DNA from: an uncultured delta proteobacterium
Lineage (GTDB): Bacteria; Myxococcota_A; Polyangia; Polyangiales; Polyangiaceae
Assembly: GCA_963806225.1 (NCBI GenBank)
Contig: CAWDXG010000004.1
Location: 4,544,001-4,608,000, forward strand
Length of the DNA stretch: 64,000 nt
Direction of reading: 5' to 3'
Part shown: positions 32,330 through 41,782 of the stretch, in pieces
Numbering within the stretch: position 1 is the first letter of the stretch
Layout: every line of letters begins with the position of its first letter
Program-made: the position numbers and the translations under genes
Notes under the pieces: model-generated
The model's database searches: none
What the model was told of the DNA's origin: nothing
Seen by the model: only the letters and a program-made list of their open reading frames with translations

Positions 32330-32428
32330 CAGAGTCCTCCGTGAGCTATCGACGGAGCCGCTGCCCCGTCATGGATCCCATCGCGTGGGGTCTTCATTTC
32401 GTGACAGCGACGTGTGCTGTGTGTTCCA

Positions 32429-32443
32429 GCAAGCGCAGGGCCA
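32429..32443 (-). promoter_or_regulatory. Candidate sigma-54 (-24/-12) promoter
   Basis: Minus strand TGGCCCT-gcgc-TTGC. Confidence 0.55.
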
Positions 32444-32576
32444 AGCGCGAGATGGCTGAATTTCGCGGCATTGTCCCAAGCGCAGAGGCCGAGCGCGTGT
32501 CGGAGGCCACACAGCCGCGTGGCTTGTCGGACGCTCCGGATCCAGGCGCAGGAAGATCCAGTGGCGCGCCGGCGTA

Positions 32577-34312
32577 CTACGCCGGCGCTCGCGCTTCGCG
32601 TCGCAATCGTGCGCGCGCTCTGCGGCGGCGCCACGTTGCAAATCCCAGACACAGCACCAGCCATCCGACTGTTGATCCGTTGCCACCGTCGCCGGCTACC
32701 GTGCAGCCGCACCCCGCGCTGTTCGAGGCAGAAGCTCCGTGGCCCGCGTCCGCGTTCCCGCCCGAGCCGCTCGTGCCGGCGCCGCCACCGGCTGCACCGC
32801 TCGTACCGCCGGCGCCACTTTCTACGCCACCGTCGGCGCCCCCCTGCGCGCAGGTCGAGTTGGCGCTTGTCGCGTCGACCGTGGCGGCGACCCAGCCCTT
32901 GGGGGGAAACTTCGCGAGCGCGCCGCTGCCGGGGGCGTTCTGGGCGACCGCGAGCACCTGCACGCTGCTCTGTGCCGGCAGAGCGATGCAGGTATGGAGA
33001 ACGTCCGCGCTGGCTTCAGCTGCCTGCACGCCCGCTACGTACAGGCGGATCTTCGCGATGCCGGTCCCGGCGAGGTCCTGTGCGTGGACCGTCACATCGA
33101 CAGACCCGCCGATCGCCTGCTGGTCGGTGAGGCCGTCGAGGGTGACGACCGGCCGCTTGGCGTAGGGCGCGGCCAGCGGATCGCCGAGCACCAGGTTCCG
33201 CCAGTACGCAAACGGCATGTTGCGCAGATAGGCTTCCGAAAGCGGCGCCCCCTCGGCATAGTCGACCACGAACTGGCGCGCCGGAAACGCGTTGTTCAGG
33301 GGTTCAGCGACCGTGCCTTGCACGCCCGCGACGCCCATCGCCACCCAACGCGCGATCGACACCTGCGATTGGCCAGTGGCGGTGAAGTTGGTGGGCGCGG
33401 CGCCTGTGCTCGTCAGGTTGTCCACGATTGCGCCGGGACGGAAGGTGTTGCCCTCGATCGTGGTGCCGAGCGAGGCGGTGCCGGTCACGAAGGAGGCGAG
33501 CGTCTTTCCGGTGAGATTGCTGTCGAACGGGACGCGGTTGGCGGTGAAGCCCAGCGCCTGCAGCTCTGCGATCGCCGAGGTAGCCTGGCTGTCGAGCACT
33601 CCGCGAGCCGGGTCGGCGCCGTCCATGAACAGAAACTCGCTGCTCGCCCCGCCGGACTTTTCCGCCTGGAGAGCGCTGGTGAGCAACTTGCCGGCGTCGG
33701 CGTAGGAACGGCCGTGCAGCATCGTGACCAGCTTCGGGTGCCAGACCGCCCCGCCGAGCGTGACCTGGACGTCTCGGCGCGAACGCTGTCTGGAGACCCA
33801 GGAGCGGGTTCTGCCAAGCGGCTGCCAGGCAGGGCGTGTTGTTCGCGCAGCTCATGGTTACGCCTGGCGCCTGGCCGAGCAGCGGCGTCACCCCGTCCGC
33901 AAGCGTCGAGTCCCAGACGCCGAGCGCCGCAGTGAGCGACACGACTTCGTTCGACGACGCGCCGGTCGGTATCTGCACGCGAAGCGGCATTCCGCGGATC
34001 ACCATGAGCGCTTCGATCCTTGCGATGGATCCGCCGCTCGTCAGGCAGGCTTGCAGCGGCCCTAGGATCTGGGTCTTGTAGTCCGCAAGCGGGATGTCGG
34101 ATTGAGCCGTCGTCGCGACGCCGCACACCTGGTTCGGCGGGAACGTCGCGCGCTGCCACGTAGGTGTTCGCCAGCGCTTCGCTTTCCGGAACGCTGTTGT
34201 TGTAGACGACGGCCACCGAGGCGGGCCCCGGAAACGCGAACGCCGTGCTCGTGACGAGGCAGGAAAAACCGACAAGACAAGCCGCCAGCCGACAAGACAC
34301 GTCAATCACCAC
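32577..34312 (-). CDS. TIGR03790-like protein with an Ig-like domain and MYXO-CTERM; two apparent frameshifts (near 34140 and 33774)
   Basis: VAVVYNNSVPESEALANTYVAARDVP / IRGMPLRV / FRPGAIVDNLTS, GTVAEPL, LVLGDPL across three frames; C-terminal GCGCTV, TM, RRRR. Confidence 0.75.
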
Positions 34313-34429
34313 CTTCCTGCAGAAGCTGGCCCGTAGGCTATCATGGATGGGAGAGTCGCCGCGTCGTTCGACGTCAGGGCAATTCCGGGCTACCGCGGTG
34401 GCCGAACGGACCGTCCCGGCGCGGCGGCG

Positions 34430-36322
34430 TCACGGTGCGGGAGTGACCGGCTCGGGCGAGATGCCCGTCGCGCGATCCACCGCTTCGATCAATGCGGCGT
34501 ACGCGAACGGCTTCGGCAGGTGACCGTCGGCACCGGCCTCGAGCAGCACGTGTCGATGCTCTTCGCCCACGTGGGCGGTCGTGGCCACGATGGGCAGGTG
34601 AGCGGCGCCTTCGCGCTCTTCGAGCTTGCGCACGCGCCGGATCAGCTCGATGCCGTCGATACCCGGCATCTCCACGTCGGTGAGCAGCAGGTCGAACGAC
34701 GCCGCGGCAAGCTTCTCGAGGGCGCTTTCGCCGTTCGCGGTGAGCACGACCTCGTGACCGCTGTGGGCCAGCAACATGCGGATCGCCTTGCGATTGATGG
34801 GGTCGTCCTCGCAGACCAGGATGCGCAGCGCGGGACCGCTCTTTGTCGCGGTAGCGTCACCGCGCGTGCGCGCTTCGAGCAGGTTGACCGGGCCGGGCCG
34901 GGGACTGTCGGGACGTTCGCGCGGCAGACCGAGCTCGACCGCGAACGTCGAGCCCTTCTGGTTCCTGGTAGCCCGCGCGGTCCCGCCCATGTGCTGGGCG
35001 AGATCGTGCACGATCGCGAGGCCGAGCCCCGCGCCTCCGCCGAGGCGCGCGTCGGAAGGGTTCGCCTGGACGAACGGCTCGAAAATGCGTTCGAGCTGAT
35101 CGGCTGGAACGCCGCGACCGGTGTCGACCACAGCAAGCACGATGCGATCGGGGTCATCGTTCCGTAGCGTCAGCCGGACATCCACGGACCCCGCGTCGGT
35201 GAACTTGATGGCGTTGCTGACCAGGTTGCGGGCGATCTGCGCGACCCGCAGTCCGTCGCCGATGCGGTGTGCATCGATGCCGGCATCGGCCCGCGCCGAC
35301 AGTACCAACCCCTTGTCGTTGGCCTCGGCCACGAACGGCGCGAGCGTGTCGGCCAGCACGCCATGGAGCGAGAAAGGCTGAGCGAACAGCTCCAGTGCGC
35401 CAGCGTCGGCCCGGGTCACGTCCAGCACGTTGTTGAGCAAGGTGAGCAGCGTGCGGGCGGAGGCGTGCGCGGTATCCAGCTGATCGCGCACTTCCGGCGA
35501 CACGTCGCCCATGCGTGCCACGTCGGTCATTGCGATCACACCCTGCAGCGGCGTGCGCAGTTCGTGGCTCATATGCGCCAGGAAGCGACTCCGCACGCGG
35601 TTCGACTGCTCGAGGGACGCGGCCGTTTCCGTCAGCTCCCGCGCACGTCGCTGCGCGACGCGCCGGAATGCCGCCGTCATGCCCAGCAGCAGCGCGACGT
35701 AGAACAGCCCGGCCAGGCTCCGCTCCGCGGTGCCTTCGCCGATCGCGTGGGGAATGATGATCCACGGTTCCACAAGGGCGACCAGCGGGACCAGAACCAG
35801 CGTGAGGGTTGCCCACACGATGGCTTCACGCCGCCGCCCCAGGAGCAGCACGGAAAAACCGACCAGCGACAGCCACCACTTCGACGACGGCATCCCGTAC
35901 GCCGCCGGGACCAGCAGCGCCACTGTCGCCACCAGCGCCGTGCCGTGAACGGCCAGCCCGGACCGCTGTGCGGCGTCGCGGCGGTACCACAGGAACAGGA
36001 GCGCGATCGCGACGGCGCCGATGGCATTGCCCCACCACGGCGTCGCGAGCCCGGTCTCGGCCTGCACGACGTAGCGCACGACGCCGAACGAGACGCAGGC
36101 GACGAACACCGCGGCCATGCCGATCCCGACCAGCCGCGAACGGTCGGCGACGACATCCTGTTCGTCGCGTTCGCTTGCGGCTTCCAGAACCGGTGTCCGG
36201 CGGGTCGCCGACACGTCGCTCCGCTCTCCCCGCACGTGGCCCTCGTTGATCGCTTCTAGCCTTCCTGGGCCAGCAGCGCGTCTGCCGGATCCCGGGAATA
36301 CATCAGTAGAACGACCAGACAT
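34430..36322 (-). CDS. Membrane-bound hybrid sensor histidine kinase/response regulator (start uncertain)
   Basis: About 5-6 TM helices; FLAHMSHELRTPL, NLVSNAIKFT, DTGRG, GAGLGL; receiver ILVCEDD..TDVEMP..KP. Confidence 0.95.
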   Translation of the reverse strand: MSGRSTDVFPGSGRRAAGPGRLEAINEGHVRGERSDVSATRRTPVLEAASERDEQDVVADRSRLVGIGMAAVFVACVSFGVVRYVVQAETGLATPWWGNAIGAVAIALLFLWYRRDAAQRSGLAVHGTALVATVALLVPAAYGMPSSKWWLSLVGFSVLLLGRRREAIVWATLTLVLVPLVALVEPWIIIPHAIGEGTAERSLAGLFYVALLLGMTAAFRRVAQRRARELTETAASLEQSNRVRSRFLAHMSHELRTPLQGVIAMTDVARMGDVSPEVRDQLDTAHASARTLLTLLNNVLDVTRADAGALELFAQPFSLHGVLADTLAPFVAEANDKGLVLSARADAGIDAHRIGDGLRVAQIARNLVSNAIKFTDAGSVDVRLTLRNDDPDRIVLAVVDTGRGVPADQLERIFEPFVQANPSDARLGGGAGLGLAIVHDLAQHMGGTARATRNQKGSTFAVELGLPRERPDSPRPGPVNLLEARTRGDATATKSGPALRILVCEDDPINRKAIRMLLAHSGHEVVLTANGESALEKLAAASFDLLLTDVEMPGIDGIELIRRVRKLEEREGAAHLPIVATTAHVGEEHRHVLLEAGADGHLPKPFAYAALIEAVDRATGISPEPVTPAP

Positions 36323-36409
36323 GCGTTACCGATAAGGCTCGCCCGATAGGCTTGATGGACGTCAATGGGCATGGTTTCGAACCGGGCGGCCGTCGTCTAC
36401 GTTGGGCGC

Positions 36410-37423
36410 ATGGGTGTAATGACGACCACACTGCGAGCCGTGATGGGCCTGCCGCCCGGCGTGCTGCGGGCTCTGAGCGGCGGCCGCACCGTGCGCGACG
36501 GTCAGCTGCTCGATGCGCAGAGCCAGCTGTTCGTAGCGCTCGCCAACCGACTCGACGGGCGCGATCTGGACGAGCTGACGGTGAGCGAGGCGCGCGCGCA
36601 CTTCGCGAAGCTGACCTCGCTCGCGCCGCCGCGTCCGCCCCTCGCCGCCGTTCGCGATCGCCGGCTGGGTGGCGTGCCGGTGCGTGTGTATCGGCCGCAC
36701 GGCGCGGCGCGCCCGGCGCCCGCGGTGGTGTACTTCCACGGCGGCGGCTGGGTCGTGGGCGGCCTCGACTCCCACGACGCGCTGTGTGCGGAGCTCAGTC
36801 GCCAGACGCGCGCCGTCGTGGTCTCGGTGGACTATCGTCTCGCTCCAGAACACAGGTTCCCCGCCGCCGTCGACGACGGGCTGGCGGCGTTCCGCGCTAT
36901 CGTTCAGGACGCGGAAGAGCTTGGCGTGGATCCGCGTCGAGTCGCGCTGGCGGGCGACAGCGCGGGCGGCAACCTCGCCGCGGTCGTCTCGGTCGCCCTG
37001 GCAGGCGACGAGCACGCTCCGGTGTTCCAGCTCCTGAACTATCCGGTCACGGACCTGTCGCGCGAGGCGCCGTCGTACGCGCTGTTCGAGAGCGGATTCT
37101 TCCTCACGGCGCGCTCGATGCGCTGGTTCAAGCGTCACTACGCTCCCGAGCCGTCGATGCAGCGCGATCCGCGCGCCTCGCCGCTCCTCAGCCCTTCGCT
37201 GAGCGGGCTGTGTCCGGCGTGCGTCGTCGTGGCCGGCTTCGATCCGCTGCGCGACGAGGGTATCGCCTACGCCGATCGTCTGCGCGAAGCAGGCGTGAGC
37301 GTCGAGATTTTCGTGGAGCGGTCGGCGCTGCACGGCTTCGTGTCGGCCGCGCCGCTGCTCGCCGTCGGCCGTCGCGGTCTCGAAGTGGGCGCCCGCGCGC
37401 TCGCCGCCGCGCTCGGGTCGTGA
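36410..37423 (+). CDS. HSL-family esterase/lipase
   Basis: HGGGW, DYRLAPEH, GDSAGG, DPLRDEG, HGF. Start 36410 preferred; the ORF is open from 36365. Confidence 0.93.
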   Translation: MGVMTTTLRAVMGLPPGVLRALSGGRTVRDGQLLDAQSQLFVALANRLDGRDLDELTVSEARAHFAKLTSLAPPRPPLAAVRDRRLGGVPVRVYRPHGAARPAPAVVYFHGGGWVVGGLDSHDALCAELSRQTRAVVVSVDYRLAPEHRFPAAVDDGLAAFRAIVQDAEELGVDPRRVALAGDSAGGNLAAVVSVALAGDEHAPVFQLLNYPVTDLSREAPSYALFESGFFLTARSMRWFKRHYAPEPSMQRDPRASPLLSPSLSGLCPACVVVAGFDPLRDEGIAYADRLREAGVSVEIFVERSALHGFVSAAPLLAVGRRGLEVGARALAAALGS

Positions 37424-37436
37424 AGCGCTGTGCTTG

Positions 37437-40367
37437 TCAGATCGCGGCTTCGGCGGCGGGTTCGACGCGCTGGGCGGGTTGCCGGCGGTGCACGTCGATC
37501 TCGAGCGGGCTCGCGCTGCCCCCGAGCAGGGCCGTGCGCACCGCCTTGTGCGGGAACGCCGCGTCGCCGGTCACGGCTTCGACGATCTCGGACACCTTGG
37601 CTGCGCCGCTCGGCCCGAGGCGCACCTCGACGGCGAGCGGCACCATGCTGCCGACGAGGCCCGCCTCGGCGAGCAGGGCGCGCGCCGCGTCGTCGCCCAT
37701 CGACAGCGCCTTCACGTAGCTTCGCACGTCGACGATCTTGCCGATGCCCTTGATATTCCGGCGCACCGGCGCCGTCTCCGCCTCGAGGAATGTGCGTACA
37801 CGCGCCTCGAGGCCCGCGCGCCCGTCGAGATCGCCGAGCGCGCTTTCGGCCAGCGCAATCACGTAGCGGGCGCCCGTGATGATGCGCGACAGTGCCGGAT
37901 CGTGCGGACCGAGCTCGACGGCGCCGAGGAAGGCGAGCCCGCTGGCAGCTGCCTGGTTCAGGCGCTCGACGAGCGTCTCCGCGTCGGGCGCGTCGATCAG
38001 CTTGGCGTCTAGATACTCGTCCAGGCTCGCGATGCCGAGCGACAACGCAGGCCCGTACGTCATGTCGGGCTTCGGGTGGAAGCCCTGCGAGTACGCTGTC
38101 TGCACGCCTGCGCGCCGGATCACGCGAGGCAGCTCGCGGATCAGGTCGAGATGACCGAGCAGCGCAGCTGGGCCGGTCTTGGAAAACCGCAGCCGCCAGC
38201 GACGCGGCGGGCTGCCGGGGCGCGGCGGGCGGTACCGCTCCGGGGCGGCCCCGCGCGCAGGCTGCGTCGGGTTCGGCTCCGGCAGGGGATCGGGGTTCTC
38301 CGGCATCGGCTCCGGATCGGGCACCGGATGCGGATGCGGATGCATCGGATCCTCGGGCGGCTGCTCCGGATCCGGGATCGGGCCGGGCTGCGTGGCGCGC
38401 ACCACGACAAGCCGCGCGCGCTGCCCCGGCTCGAACGCGCCCATCTTCGTCAAGAACTCGACGCGCTGTTCCCGCATCTGCGTCATGTCGCACGCGACGC
38501 CGCAGTCGTAGCAGACGAGCTTCCTGGTGTTTTCGAGCGCGTCCTTGACGTTCGTCTCGTGGATGAACTTTCCGACCGCCTTGCCGCAAGGCGGGCTGAG
38601 CCGGCTCTTGAGCGCCCTCCGGTACTCGCGCGCCAGGAAGCCCTCCGCCAGCCCGATGTGGAAATGATCCCAGGGCAGACGGGCCGTCACCGGGATCGTT
38701 CCCAGATAGATCGACGTGTCGACGCCGAAGTGCTCGAACGCCTCCTGCCACGCGTCGACCCGGAGGTGATCGTCCCAGGAGTCGAAACGCGCTCCGTTCT
38801 GGTACGCACGCTCGATGACCGGACCGAGCCGCCGGTCGCCCCGCGCCAGCACGCCTTCCAGCACGCTCGCCTCGGAGTGGTGCATGCGGAGCGTCAGCCC
38901 CTTGATGCCGCGCGCCTGTGAACGCAGGATGTCCTGCTTTTCGGCGATCTGGTCCAGCGTGTCCATCGCGCACCACTGGAAGGGCGTGTGCGGCTTCGGC
39001 ACGTGCACGCTGACGCTGACGGTGACCTTGGGGCGTTTGCCGACGCGCTTGCCTACGGCCAGGGCGTTCTTGCCGACCTGGATGATCCCGAGCACGTCCT
39101 CGCGCTCTTCCGTCGGGAGCCCGCAGATGAAGTAGAGCTTCATCTTGTCGAAACCGCGGGAGAACACGCGCTCGGCGGTCTCCAGCAGCTGCTCTTCCGT
39201 CACGTTCTTGTTGATCACGTCGCGCATGCGCTGCGTGCCCGCCTCGGGCGCGAACGTGAGGCCGCTGGCGCGCACCTTGCGCATGTCGTCCAGCAGATCT
39301 TCGGCAAGCCCGTACGCACGCAGCGACGCGACGCCCAGGCTCACGCGCTCCGGCGCGGTCTTCTCGACGAGCGTCTTGATCAGCGGCGATATGCAGCTCA
39401 CGTCCGCCGTGGAGAGCGCCGTCAGGCTCACTTCATCCTGTCCGCTCTTCTCCAGGGCTCTGACAACCGTCTCGACCACCTTCTCCGGATCGCGCTCGCG
39501 CACCGGGCGGTAGATCATCCCCGCCTGGCAGAAACGGCAGCCTTCGGTGCAGCCGCGGGCGACCTCGATGCTCATGCGATCGAAGATCGCCTCCGGGCCA
39601 CCCACCGGGCCATCCTCGGGGAAGGGGAAGCGATCGATGTCCTCCAGCAGGCGCCGCTGTACCGGGAAGGGCGCCCCGCTGCCCGCGCGCGCTCCAGTCA
39701 CCACCTCGAAGCCGGTGTCCGGATCCACCTCGGTGTCGTAGAGCGAGGGCACGTACACACCGGTGATGCGTGACAGGCGCAGCAGCCGCTCTGCTCGCGG
39801 CAGACCCTCGCGCCTGGCCCGCACCCACTCGAGAGCGATTTCCGTCGCAGCCTCTTCGCCGTCGCCGATCAGGATGGCGTCGAAGAACGCCGTCATCGGC
39901 TCCGCGTGCGTCGCTACCGGGCCGCCGGCGATCACCAGCGGGTCATCGTCGCTGCGCTGCTCGCTCCTGAGCGGGATCCCACCCAGATCCAGCATGCCGA
40001 GCAGGTTGGTGAACGTGAGCTCGAACTGCAGGCTGAAGCCGACCACGTCGAAGTCGCACAGCGGCCGCCCGCTCTCCAGTGCACAGAGCAACTTCCCGTG
40101 CGCGTGGAGCTCGCGCTGCATGTCCACCCAGGGCGCGTAGCAGCGCTCGGCCAGCGTGCGGGGGTCGTCGTTCAGGATGCGGTAGAGCATCCGGTAGCCC
40201 AGATGGCTCATCCCGATGTCGTAGATCTCGGGAAAGGCGAGGCACACGCGCGCCTCGACGGCAGACCAGTCCTTCTTCCGGGAGCCGTGCTCGGCGCCGG
40301 TGTAGCGCGTCGGCTTCTCCACCTTGTGGAGGAATGCCGCGTACGGGTGATCGAAGAGCCGGGCCAT
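37437..40367 (-). CDS. TIGR03960-type radical SAM protein fused to a TIGR03936/DUF2344-type radical SAM-linked domain
   Basis: VEKPTRY, FPEIYDIGMSHLG, RGCTEGCRFC, TFAPEAGTQRMR, PKPHTPFQW; C-terminal RLRFSK..GHLD..YSQGFHPKP. Confidence 0.9.
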   Translation of the reverse strand: MARLFDHPYAAFLHKVEKPTRYTGAEHGSRKKDWSAVEARVCLAFPEIYDIGMSHLGYRMLYRILNDDPRTLAERCYAPWVDMQRELHAHGKLLCALESGRPLCDFDVVGFSLQFELTFTNLLGMLDLGGIPLRSEQRSDDDPLVIAGGPVATHAEPMTAFFDAILIGDGEEAATEIALEWVRARREGLPRAERLLRLSRITGVYVPSLYDTEVDPDTGFEVVTGARAGSGAPFPVQRRLLEDIDRFPFPEDGPVGGPEAIFDRMSIEVARGCTEGCRFCQAGMIYRPVRERDPEKVVETVVRALEKSGQDEVSLTALSTADVSCISPLIKTLVEKTAPERVSLGVASLRAYGLAEDLLDDMRKVRASGLTFAPEAGTQRMRDVINKNVTEEQLLETAERVFSRGFDKMKLYFICGLPTEEREDVLGIIQVGKNALAVGKRVGKRPKVTVSVSVHVPKPHTPFQWCAMDTLDQIAEKQDILRSQARGIKGLTLRMHHSEASVLEGVLARGDRRLGPVIERAYQNGARFDSWDDHLRVDAWQEAFEHFGVDTSIYLGTIPVTARLPWDHFHIGLAEGFLAREYRRALKSRLSPPCGKAVGKFIHETNVKDALENTRKLVCYDCGVACDMTQMREQRVEFLTKMGAFEPGQRARLVVVRATQPGPIPDPEQPPEDPMHPHPHPVPDPEPMPENPDPLPEPNPTQPARGAAPERYRPPRPGSPPRRWRLRFSKTGPAALLGHLDLIRELPRVIRRAGVQTAYSQGFHPKPDMTYGPALSLGIASLDEYLDAKLIDAPDAETLVERLNQAAASGLAFLGAVELGPHDPALSRIITGARYVIALAESALGDLDGRAGLEARVRTFLEAETAPVRRNIKGIGKIVDVRSYVKALSMGDDAARALLAEAGLVGSMVPLAVEVRLGPSGAAKVSEIVEAVTGDAAFPHKAVRTALLGGSASPLEIDVHRRQPAQRVEPAAEAAI

Positions 40368-40449
40368 CGAGCGAACGCCTAGCATAGCCGGGCGCCGACG
40401 GCAGCGTCGACCCAACCTGCACGCCGCCAGCCCGGAACCAGTCGTTCTT

Positions 40450-41574
40450 TCAGTCCCAGTTCGAGCTGAGCCACATCTGCCAGCTCTTCAGGGTCCCGCT
40501 TTCGCCGCTGACCGTGTCGGTGATTTCCAGCACCCAGTCGCCGTTGACCATGTTGTCGCTCTCGATACCTGAAGGCGCGACGATGTGGCTCGGTGGGTTC
40601 TGTTGGTGGTTCCAGAGCACCGCTTCGGCGCCGCCGGGCTGGTGCAGCACGACCACGAGATCCTGCTTGCGAGGATGATCGATATCGAGATCGACGACGA
40701 CGTCCAGGGGAACGGTGGCCAGCCCGCTCACCGGGATGGTGCTCTCGACCGCCTTGCCGTCATCGTTGATCGCGACGGGAGCCGTGCTGGTGAACGTGCC
40801 CGCCGTGGAAGGGTCCATGCAGAAGCCGCGCGACAGCCAAGGCACCAGCAGCCCGGCGCAGAACCCGCTCTGGCAATCGCTGTAGGCGTCGCATTCCATG
40901 CCGTTGGGCGTGCCGCCCGTGGGCGCCGGCGCAGGAGCCGTCTTCGGGTACTCGCGCAGCTTCAGCATCGCCGAGTGACCGACGAAGTACAGGCCCTCGA
41001 GCTCGAGCATGCTCTCCACATCGCGAGCCGCCACGATGGAGTCCACGGCGCGCTTGTCCAGCCCCACGTCGTTGTCCAGCGTGTCGTAGCTCGCGGTGTT
41101 GACGAGAGCGAGCGTTGCCGTGGCCTCGTCGACCGTGAAGGCCACGTCGTCGAAGACGCCGAGCACGTCGCCGCCCGTCGGCACGTAGCCCTGCGCCTCG
41201 GCGTAGGCGAGCAGGCTGGCGAGCGCCACGGGTCCGACGTAGCTCACGTCGTCGACCTCGCTGACGTCGTCGAACAGGTCGTCGTCGGCCGTTCCGAGCA
41301 CGCCGTCCGGGCCGTTGCGATGCGCGATCAGATTTCTCGCGGCGCGCTTGTCTAGAGGAACGAGCTCGTCGAGCACGTAGAAGTTGGTCTTCGGGTCGTT
41401 GACGAGCCCGAGGACGCCGTAGGCTTCCGGCGTTCCTTCGACGATTGCCTGGCGGTCGGTGGAGACCGCCGTGACGGGCTCGGTGCTCCCGCCGCCCCCG
41501 ACCTTCGCGCTGCAACCTCCGAGCAGCGCTGCGACCAGCATCAACAGTCCCGTGAACCTTGCTCCCTGTGCCAT
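40450..41574 (-). CDS. Lipoprotein with two ComEA-like HhH repeats, a small Cys knot and a C-terminal proprotein convertase P domain
   Basis: Lipobox LGGC; LVN..LDKRA..I.A.R..[YF]VG twice; CDAYSDCQSGFC; VDLDIDHP..DL.V.L..P..NGDWVLEITD..G.LKSW. Confidence 0.8.
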   Translation of the reverse strand: MAQGARFTGLLMLVAALLGGCSAKVGGGGSTEPVTAVSTDRQAIVEGTPEAYGVLGLVNDPKTNFYVLDELVPLDKRAARNLIAHRNGPDGVLGTADDDLFDDVSEVDDVSYVGPVALASLLAYAEAQGYVPTGGDVLGVFDDVAFTVDEATATLALVNTASYDTLDNDVGLDKRAVDSIVAARDVESMLELEGLYFVGHSAMLKLREYPKTAPAPAPTGGTPNGMECDAYSDCQSGFCAGLLVPWLSRGFCMDPSTAGTFTSTAPVAINDDGKAVESTIPVSGLATVPLDVVVDLDIDHPRKQDLVVVLHQPGGAEAVLWNHQQNPPSHIVAPSGIESDNMVNGDWVLEITDTVSGESGTLKSWQMWLSSNWD

Positions 41575-41587
41575 GACCGCCCCTCCA

Positions 41588-41602
41588 GCAAGGTCCGCGC
41601 CA
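41588..41602 (-). promoter_or_regulatory. Candidate sigma-54 promoter of the HhH/P-domain gene
   Basis: Minus strand TGGCGCG-gacc-TTGC. Confidence 0.7.
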
Positions 41603-41654
41603 CACGCCGAGCCGGCAAAGTCGCCGGAAACCGCGACGCTGCTATTGAACCTAG

Positions 41655-41686
41655 ACATAGCAGAGTTGAAAAATTGCAATAATAGA
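41655..41686. promoter_or_regulatory. Candidate enhancer-binding protein UAS, copy 1
   Basis: ACATAGCAG-AGTTGAA-AAAT-TGCAATA-ATAGA in an AT-rich island; 22/32 identical to 43403-43434. Confidence 0.6.
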
Positions 41687-41782
41687 CAATAAGTTTGCAG
41701 CTCGGTGCTGCAGCCGGTGGCTTTGACCGGCAAGCGCTATCCGCTTCCGCGCGCGACCTTCCCTACGCGGAGCCGGCGCGCA

